From Eledone cirrhosa (taxonomy: Eukaryota), in the NCBI GenBank assembly GCA_964016885.1, contig OZ024754.1:35960001-36024000 (forward strand): a stretch of 64,000 nucleotides of DNA, given 5' to 3'. The translations under genes and the position numbers were made by a program. This document shows positions 52,651-64,000 of the stretch, one piece after another. Positions within the stretch are counted from its first letter, which is position 1; the number at the start of each line of letters is the position of its first letter. Under the pieces are notes generated by a model. The model made no database searches, was not told the DNA's origin, and saw only the letters and a program-made list of their open reading frames with translations.

Positions 52651-54819
52651 GCACGCATACACACGTGTGTGTGTGTGTGTGTGCTTCTGTGTATGTTTGT
52701 GTGTGTGTGTGTGTGAGTGTGTGTGTGTGTGTGTATACGCACAGAACAGAGGAACAGCAGGCAAGCGCGCACGCACACACACACACACATACTCACACAC
52801 ATACGGAGATATACACACACACACACACACACACACACGAATACACACATACACACATACACACACACACACACTTTTGACACTAGATATTTTGATTGAG
52901 GTAAGTTAATGGCTGTCCCGGGGGAGTTGTACTAACACCGTATGACAGTCCAGTCAGCCCCGCCGTCCTCATCATGGCGACATCCTCACCATAATCACAA
53001 GTGACGCAATGTGAAATCCCTCGCTCACCTCCGGATCAGAGGCTTAACTTAATTTAGAGATCTACTCCTCCTCCTCCTCCAATACTGACGACATCTACTC
53101 CCACCTACACCCCCCCCCGTCTCATCTCTTCTCGTGCTCTTTATCATCATTCCTCTCTTCTTCCTCTCTTCTTCCTCTCTTCTCCTTCTCTTGCTTCCCC
53201 CCCCCCACCCCCACCATCATTGTTGTCATCACCACCAGCGCGAGCATCACGACGCCGCCATTACAACAACCGCGCGACACCCAATCAACCACCACCACAA
53301 CCAACACCAACACCACCAACACCACCATCACGACACCACCATCACCGTCATGGCACCACCACCACCATCATTGTCATCACCATCACCACCACCTCCACCA
53401 TCATTGTCATCACCATCACCACCACCATCACAACCACCACCACCACAACCACCACCACTACCACCACCACCACCACCACCACCATCACGACACCAACACC
53501 ACCACCATCACCACCACCATCACAACCACCACCACCACAACCACCACCACCACCACCACCACCATCACGACACCACCACCACCATCACCACCACTACCAC
53601 CACCACCACCACCACCAACACCACCACCACCACCACCACCACCATAACGACACCACCGCCACCACCACCACCATCCACCACCACCACCATCACGACACCA
53701 ACACCACCACCATCACCACCACCACCAACACCACCACCACCACCACCACCACCACCATCCACGATGATATGAGTATTTGTATATGCGCATATCTGTGTGA
53801 TTGGTCGTGTATATGTACATACGTGTGTGTGTGTGTGTGTGTGCATAAATATGTATGTGTGCCGTGTGCTTTTGCGTGTATGTGTGTACATGCGTGTATA
53901 TATGCGCGTGTGTGTGTGTGCATATATATATATGTGTGCCGTGTGCTTTTGCGTGTTTGTGTGTACATGTGTGTATATATGCGCGTGTGTGTGTGTGCAT
54001 ATATATGTATGTGTGCCGTGTGCGTGTGTGTGTTTGTGTGTATAAGAGTATATGTGTGTGTATCTTTAGGTCCGACTCCGTCTAATGCAGAAATTGAGAA
54101 AAATGAAAAGAAAATAGCTTTTCTCTGTTATTTATCTTATCAGTGGTTTGTGATTGGGCCAAGAACACGGCACACAAACACACACACCTACACACACACA
54201 CACACATACACACACACACACATACACACACACACATATATATACACAGAAACACACATACGTACACAAGCACACACATACGCACACACACATACGCAGA
54301 CACACACACAGACAGACACGCACGCACACACACACACACACATACGCACACACAAACACACACACGCACACGCACATACGCACACACACATACCCACACA
54401 CACGCACGCACACACACATGCACACACACTCTCTCTCACACACACACACATACAAACACACATGCACCCATACCACCCCCACACACACACGCACACACAC
54501 ACACACACGCACACACTCACTCTCTCTCACACACACACATACTTGCACGTCGTAAACATACACACACAAATAAACAGTTTCACACTATTCTTACATACAC
54601 ACTACACACATATTTAAGCAGGATTTTTCCACCTCCGCCGTATAAAACTCTTCGAACTCTCCTGTGGGGAAGGAGAAAAAGGCAAGAGGGACGCCATATT
54701 GTCAATCCGATGCTTATCTACGTGTCTAAAACAGCTCAACATATCACTTGGATTTTTATCCACGTTTCCTTCCTGTTCTTCTCTCCCATTCTCTATCTAT
54801 CTATCTATCTATCTATCTC

Positions 54820-54861
<42 letters not shown>

Positions 54862-54873
54862 CATTAGTCGCCT

Positions 54874-54915
<42 letters not shown>

Positions 54916-55861
54916 ATCTATCTATCTATCTATCTACCCTTCTCTCTTTCTCCTTCTCTCCTTCTTTCCTTCTCTCCTTCCCTCCTCCTCCCCTATCTGT
55001 CACTTTCACTCCCTCTTTATCTATGCTACTTTTCTTGTCTTTGTGCCATCCCGTATGTGAACACATGCGTCTGTGCATCTGCACGTGTGTGTGTGCACGT
55101 GTGCACGTATCTATCACTTTTCCAACTCGCTGTCTCTCTCTCACACACACTGTTTCTCTCTCTCTCAATCTCTCTCTCTCTCCCTCTCTCTATCACACAG
55201 AATCACTCTCTCTCTCACACACACTCTTTCTCTCTCTCTCCCAATCTATCCCCCTCTCTCTCTCTATCACACACACTCTTTCTCTCTCTCTCAGTCTCTC
55301 TCTCTCTCTCCCTCTCTCTATCACACAGAATCACTCTCTCTCTCACACACACTCTTTCTTTCTCTCTCAAACTCTCTCTCAATCTCTCCCCCCCCCTCTC
55401 TCTATTACACAGAATCACTCTCTCTCTCTCTCACACTCTTTCTCTCTCTCTCAAACTCTCTCTCAATCTCTCTCTCACACAGAATCACTCTCTCTCTCTC
55501 GCTCTCACACACACATACTTTCTCTCTCTCTCTCTCACACACACACACATACTCTCTCTCTCTCTCACACATTCTTTCTCTCCCAGACACACTCTCTCTC
55601 TTTCCCACACACTCTCTCACTCTCTCTTTCTCACATATATATGGTGGCAGTAGTGATGATGATGATGGTGGTGGTGGTGGTGGTGGTGATGGTGATGATG
55701 ATGATGATGGTGACGACGATGATGATGATGATGATGATAGGTGTGAAAATGATGATGAGGGGGGGGGATATGATGACATCATCATCATCACCATGTCTTT
55801 TCAGGTAGATTTTGTTGCGATTGCGGTAATGATTGTATTTGAGATATTGGTGATAGCAATA

Positions 55862-56712
<851 letters not shown>

Positions 56713-57805
56713 ACACAAAATGTGGTAATGATAGTGGTGGTGGGGGTGGTTGTAGTGGTGTTAGTGGAGTGGGTGTGCAGAGAAACATTCCGTACCAGTG
56801 CGAGAAGTGGGTGTGATGTCGGGGGAGGGAGGGGGGGGGGGGGGGAGCGTGTGGTTGGGTTGTCTGGTTGGGATGAGGAAGTAAATGGGTGGTGGCGAGT
56901 TTGTGACGCCTTGTGAAGAAGCCTTCATCGTGGCTTCTTTCACAGTCCCTAGAGACGAGCGTGGTGGTGGGGGTGGGTGGGTGATATGGTGGGGTGGTGG
57001 TGGTGGTGGTGGTGGTGGGGGTTCTAGGACAACAACGACCGAAAGAGGAAGGAGAAGGTGAAGAGGCAGATTGCTGAAGTAGAAGAAATATCAGCGCTAA
57101 CTTGTGTCTATTGTTTGCGCTAAGGACACATAACTCTCCTTTCACTCTAGTTCGTTCGTCCGTCCGTCCGTCCGTCCTTCGCGCCAACCTTTACCACTAT
57201 CTTTAATTCTTTTTCTCTCTTACCTCATGTCAACTTTACCTTCCTCCTCCACCTGCTGACATCCACCCCACCACGCCTCTACCATCTTCGACCAGCATGA
57301 TGGTTTGGCGACTTAGGGTGCCTGGCCCCTCATGTAAAATTTACCGTTCTTAGCGCTAGCAATTCTTTAGGAAATTTACTGAAAATGTCGTTCGTCGGCT
57401 TAGTTAGTCAGTCAGCCAGTCTAGTTGTGTATCTGCTTGTGTGTGTGTATATGTAAGTGTTTGTGTGTGTCTGCTTCTGTGTGTTTGTGTGTATGTATAT
57501 CTGTGTGCATGTGTTTCTGTCTGTCTGTGTGTGTGTGCTTGTGTGTGTTTGTGTGTGTTTGTGTATGTCTCCTTCTGTGTGTTTGTGTGTATGTATATCT
57601 GTGTGTTTGTGTGTGTGGGTTTGTGTGTCTGTATGTGTGTGTTTGTGTCTGTATGTGTGTGTGTGTAAGCCTGCCTATTAGAACATTTGTGTCTCTCTCA
57701 ATCTCCCACGCACACACATACGCACACATACATACACACATACACACACACATATACACACAAGCGCACACACACACATACGCGCACACACACACACTCA
57801 CACCC

Positions 57806-57867
<62 letters not shown>

Positions 57868-58170
57868 TCTCTCTCTATCTATCTATCTATCTTTTCCCTC
57901 TCTACACCTCTAGATTTGATTCATAAAATCCCACATTTTATCCTTTAAGTTTCAATGTTTATCTGGTCTTGTCTTCACCGAAACTCTCCACACCATTTGT
58001 ATTAGCAGTACTTCTAGTATGTTTTGTTTTACCCCAGGAAAACTCTACACGTTAGGTCGTCCTACAAGTAGTTGCAGACGACTCCAAATAGAGTTTAAAT
58101 ATGAAAGATAAGCTATTAAAGGGTATGATATGCCAGAAAAAAAATGAAATGACCAGGACTAAAAGATAGG

Positions 58171-58258
<88 letters not shown>

Positions 58259-58314
58259 ATATGTAAGTATGTATGTATACGTACATACATATATATATAC
58301 AGACGTACAGTAGC

Positions 58315-58377
<63 letters not shown>

Positions 58378-58378
58378 C

Positions 58379-58449
<71 letters not shown>

Positions 58450-58522
58450 CATACATGCTACTGTACGACTGTATACATATATGTATATATATATGTATGT
58501 ATATATATATATATATACATAC

Positions 58523-58598
<76 letters not shown>

Positions 58599-58599
58599 G

Positions 58600-58637
<38 letters not shown>

Positions 58638-58758
58638 CATACATGCTACTGTACGTCTGTATACATATATGTATGTACGTATACATACATACTTACATTT
58701 AAGTAAGTGCCGTACTAAGAGTGAGAAATGAAATTTCGTTTCATTCTATTCCATATAT

Positions 58759-58978
58759 AATAATATATAAGATCAAAAGATGGTTAAAAGAGTTCCATGT
58801 ATTTTATTATGCGCATTTCAAAAACTGTTATTGCATGATGATATTTGTTTTTGAAATGCGCATAATAAAATACATGGAACTCTTTTAACCATCTTTTGAT
58901 CTTATATATTATTATTTATACTCCAGTCCTACAAACTGTAGAGTGCTTCTTATCCGATATCTGCATTGCTTTATTGTA
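58759..58978. mobile_element. Fold-back cassette related to family C (67-bp arms 58759-58825 / 58847-58913) plus tail
   Basis: GAAA-tgcgca-TA-ataaaata; the tail tactcca…tgtagagtgc resembles the family C tail. Confidence 0.7.
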
Positions 58979-59177
58979 CTACAATAAAACTCACCTCCTA
59001 CACACACACATATATATATATTTCAGAGCACTCGACAAGTTTTCTGGAGTATAATATTCAATGACATTAAATAAATGGAAATATTCAATGATATTAAATA
59101 TTAATTAAATAAAAGGAAGACTTCAACCGTTAAGGTATGTTCCTTGGCTATGTAAAAATTTATAAAACGCACTTTGC

Positions 59178-59237
59178 ATTTTATCTGATGAAAGCGTACC
59201 AAAGTTTTTGGTACCCTTGAAATATATATAATAGAAT
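59178..59237 (+). ncRNA. Minimal hammerhead ribozyme, family C
   Basis: attttat-CTGATGA-aagcgtacca…tggtaccctt-GAAA-tatata-TA-atagaat. Confidence 0.72.
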
Positions 59238-59286
59238 AAATATGGTTTTATAAATATAATTTCCATTTATTTAATATCATTGTATA

Positions 59287-59352
<66 letters not shown>

Positions 59353-59512
59353 TAATGGCTTCTACGGGACTAGAACTGTTTCATTTGGGAGAAATCACCA
59401 GGAAGCCCTGTGGTCCTGTAGAAGCCATTTCTATATTAAATATATATACTCTGCTATGTATTGAGTACCTTAATTACTGTGGTTACCCCCGATTGAACCC
59501 GGGATAAACATG

Positions 59513-59555
<43 letters not shown>

Positions 59556-59689
59556 TAAAATAACAGATTAAAGTTTAAGCAAAGAATCGCTGCTTTCACC
59601 CTTTGCGTGTAATTGTTTTTCACCGCTCCAAATAATGACATATTATATTCGTTTTTTCCCGTTCTTTGCCAGTGATAACAACTCCAATG

Positions 59690-60970
59690 TCACATATTAC
59701 CTCGTGTCACAATAACAACAACAGTCTCACATCACTTTGTGTCACAATAACAACAACAATGACACACAACACCTCGTGTCACAATAACAACAACAGTCTC
59801 ACATCACTTTGTCTCACAGTAACAACAACAATGACACACAACACCTCGTATCACAATAACAACAACAGTCACACATCACTTTCTGTCACAATAACAACAA
59901 CAATGACACACAACACCTCGTGTCACAATAACAACAATGGTCACACATCACTTTGTGTCACAGTAACAAGACCTACAAAAGTCACAGAACGCCTTGTGTC
60001 ACAATAACAGCAATAGTCTCACAACACTTTCTGTCACAGTAACAACAAGAACTACAAAAGTCACACAACACCTCGTGTCACAATAACAACAACAGTCTCA
60101 CATCACTTTCTGTCACAATAACAACAACAATGACACACAACACCTCGTGTCACAATAACAACAACAGTCTCACATCACTTTGTCTCACAATAACAACAAC
60201 AATGACACACAACACCTCGTGTCACAATAACAACAATGGTCTCACATCACTTTGTGTCACAGTAACAAGACCTACAAAAGTCACAGAACGCCTTGTGTCA
60301 CAATAACAGCAATAGTCTCACAACACTTTCTGTCACAGTAACAACAAGAACTACAAAAGTCACACAACACCTCGTGTCACAATAACAACAACAGTCTCAC
60401 ATCACTTTCTGTCACAATAACAACAACAATGACACACAACACCTCGTGTCACAATAACAACAACAGTCTCACATCACTTTGTCTCACAATAACAACAACA
60501 ATGACACACAACACCTCGTGTCACAATAACAACAACAGTCTCACATCACTTTCTCTCACAATAACAACAACAATGACACACAACACCCCGTGTCACAATA
60601 ACAACAACAGTCTCACATCACTTTGTCTCACAGTAACAACAACAATGACACACAACACCTCGTGTCACAATAACAACAACAGTCTCACATCACTTTGTCT
60701 CACAATAACAACAACAATGACACACAACACCTCGTGTCACAATAACAACAACAGTCTCACATCACTTTGTCTCACAGTAACAACAACAATGACACACAAC
60801 ACCCCGTGTCACAATAACAACAACAGTCTCACATCACTTTGTCTCACAGTAACAACAACAATGACACACAACACCTCGTGTCACAATAACAACAACAGTC
60901 TCACATCACTTTGTGTCACAGTAACAACAAGAACTACAAAAGTCACAGAACGCCTTGTGTCACAATAACA
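59690..60970. repeat. 72-bp (2x36-bp) minisatellite with a 299-bp higher-order duplication
   Basis: 24-codon periodicity in the ORF track; variant acctacaaaagtcacagaacg at 59971 and 60270. Confidence 0.9.
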
Positions 60971-61477
60971 ATCTCAAACATTACATCCACACTGCAAAAC
61001 CCAGCAAACGCCCGGAGACATTTCTCGGAAATTATCCATAAAGGAAAAAAACAAACTAACAGACATCTCCAAACTACACACCTCCCACCTAGACTACGTT
61101 TGATATCTCATTCTTCCATTAAACATCCCAATATGACATAGAGAAAAATAGAAACTCAAACGCCTCATAACCAGACAATATCACAACTATACAACTGCAA
61201 ACATCAAGAGCCTGGAGGAATCGCTGCACTCACCAATATTTCCAATTAGCCATACCCACGGTGTCAAAATTGTAGCAATTTAAACAAAGGCCAACAAAAC
61301 CCCAAATTCAGCGATATCACACAGACCCATCATAACTAAATATTTTTAGAAAAGCTAATCCCTGACATCCCTGTAATTATCGTGTATGTTAAAATGCGTG
61401 GCAACAAAAATAGACAAAAAAAATGTTATTTTAAAATGTTGTCAGAATTTTTTTTCTCGATCTCCAAAAGTGTTTAG

Positions 61478-61510
<33 letters not shown>

Positions 61511-62000
61511 TTAGTCTGTGTTACGAAAGGTGTGTCTATGAAAGTAATATCTCGTTTTGAATTAATTCACCGTGGCTCAGATTTAAGGTGTTGAGAACTA
61601 TCATTCAATTATAACTTCACGCAGAGCTAGCGTTTCTGTTGAGTCAAGGTATACTACCGTTTATACAATTATCGAAGGCCGTGAGTTGAACGTCGGATAG
61701 AATACTTTGTGATATTTGTTGGCCTCTCTGCGATCTGAGTTCAAATCCCGCCGAGGTCAATTTTGCCTTTCATCCTTTCGAAGTCAATAAAAAAAGTACC
61801 AGTCTACTACTAAGGTCGATTCTTCCTCCATATCTCTTTCTCAGCTCCTTTCCCCCACTTTCTATCCTTCTCTGGAAGTAATCTGCCGAATGTAAAACCT
61901 GGAGAAGGATGAGCTCCACCAGGTTTAAAGTATCCTAGATACGCCATATATCAAGACATTAAAACAACACACCTATGACTCCATCAAGAATCGTGGGCCC

Positions 62001-62055
<55 letters not shown>

Positions 62056-62173
62056 TATATATATATATATATATATAACGAAGGAAATGTGGTAAGGAAC
62101 CAGATGGACCATAACGCAGTCTAGAATTAGCCGTCGAAACGGCTTGAGCTCTGCCGTCGGGGTCATACTTGTT

Positions 62174-62245
<72 letters not shown>

Positions 62246-62481
62246 TGTATGTATGTGTATGTGTATGTTTGTATGTTTGTATGCATATTCATTTTATCAT
62301 AGAAATGACTTCTACAGGACTAGAACTGTTTCATTCGTAGGCCTGTAGAAGTCATGTCAATAATAAAATGAATATACATATGCTCCGTTAATGCATTGAG
62401 TACCTTTCTTGATAGTGGTCGCTTCCCGATTCATATCGGGATCCTAAACACACACACACACACTACACACACACACACACA

Positions 62482-62524
<43 letters not shown>

Positions 62525-62594
62525 ATCAAGGTTTAGCAAATAAGAAAAAGTTTCAAAATAAATTTAAAAAAAATTAACTTTACTCACTATGGTT

Positions 62595-62680
62595 ACCTTT
62601 ACCGAATCGGTTTCGAGTCTCAAAAATAAACGGACAGTCCTCACGGCATCCATTGCAAAGATAAACTCTCGTCAGGATCT
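62595..62680 (-). ncRNA. Hammerhead-like motif, stem I not evident
   Basis: Minus strand: CTGACGA-gagttt…agactc-GAAA-ccga(t)tcgg-TA. Confidence 0.5.
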
Positions 62681-63055
62681 TTTCACTCGGAGAATATAAA
62701 ATTTCCGAGTTCAAATTACGAACTGGCGCTATTCAAAATTATTCCCGAGATGAGAATAAATGATGTGGGAGCAATTCCTTCAAGTGCCGTGTGTAAAGAT
62801 AGAAGCAAAGGCAGGGAGGTCAGTCTACTACCACTATAACTACCATATATATGTGTGTGTGTATGTAAAAGGTAAACAGAAATAACAACACAATCGGTAT
62901 AGTATATGGAAGGGTTATATTAGGTTAACGCTTGATATAGCAGGAAGAGGGTCTTAACGTTTCGGACGCTAGTCCTTCATCGGAAGAAAGAATGAGAAAT
63001 AAAATAGATTGAGGGGACGGGCTGGATGGAATTGGAAAAAATGTCTTTAGATAAA

Positions 63056-63147
<92 letters not shown>

Positions 63148-63409
63148 TGCTCTACACCTCGCCACTCACTCACGTGAACCGAAACATCGAGTGCTCACAT
63201 GGGTGAACCTACAGTAACTTCACATTACACTACCTGGATATATATATTATATATGTGCGCGCGCGTTTATATGTGTGTGTATAATGTATATATATATATA
63301 TATATGTGTATGTGTATGTGTGTGTATAATGTATATATATATATATATATATATGTGTGTGGATGTGTATGTGTATAATGAATATATATATATATATATA
63401 TATATCTAT

Positions 63410-63610
63410 AGGAACGAGTAGGACCCCGACGGCTGAGATCAAGCCGTTTCGACGGCTAATTCTGGACTGAATTAGTCCAGAATTAGCCGTCGAAACGGCT
63501 TGAGCTCAGCCGTCGGGGTCCTACTCGTTCCTATTACCCACTCTACTACCCTAAGTATTGAGTACTTTGGTGCGTTATGGTCCATCTGGTTCCTTACCAC
63601 ATTTCCTTCG

Positions 63611-63612
<2 letters not shown>
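63410..63612. mobile_element. Family A fold-back cassette (clean, complete copy)
   Basis: Short inverted arm 63410-63470, long arm plus ~78-nt tail to 63612, (TA)n on both sides. Confidence 0.8.
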
Positions 63613-63650
<38 letters not shown>

Positions 63651-63933
63651 ATGTTTGTATGTGTATGTGTGTGTATAATGTATATATATGTGTGTGTATG
63701 TGTATGTTTGTATGTGTATGTGTATGTGTGTGTATGTATATGTTATTTAATCCATATTTATTTCCTCTGTCTGTATAAATCTGACTTGCTATCATTTCTC
63801 CACCGCCACCCGACCCCACCCACCTCTCTTCTTCTTCTTCTTCTTCTTCTTCTTCTTCTTCTTCTTCTTCTTCTTCTTCTTCTTCTCACTTAATCCAGGT
63901 CTTGTGTAATCGCTGTTTTCAGACCTCCACTAA

Positions 63934-63972
<39 letters not shown>

Positions 63973-64000
63973 ACTCCTTCCTCCTCCCTTTTTTGTTAAT

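Noticed and set aside
59690-60970. 36-bp periodicity resembling a CRISPR array
   Set aside because: Intervening segments are themselves repeats, there are no cas genes, and the context is eukaryotic.

Overview
AT-rich, microsatellite-saturated animal genomic DNA. The SINE repertoire ((TA)n-rich background, Meta-domain and CORE-like tRNA SINEs) suggests a coleoid cephalopod, probably an octopod; this is inferred from repeat content. No host protein-coding gene, tRNA, rRNA or CRISPR array can be supported, and most ORF-track entries are microsatellite translations. Real coding remnants are all retrotransposon-derived: a young 5'-truncated Tx1/L1-clade LINE (675-aa open RT+Zn-knuckle ORF in (GATA)n), a frameshifted Naiad-type Penelope-like element (RT + GIY-YIG), two R4/Dong-type RLE LINE 3' ends in (TAA)n, and RTE fragments. 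The most striking signal is non-coding. More than a dozen type I hammerhead-ribozyme motifs from about 8-10 sequence families lie in short cassettes embedded in (TA)n tracts. Many cassettes are fold-backs (short inverted arm plus long arm with a tail) whose turning points often fall in the ribozyme hairpins. Minimal ribozymes show different but always palindromic stem-III loops. All folds were done by eye and need computational and biochemical confirmation.
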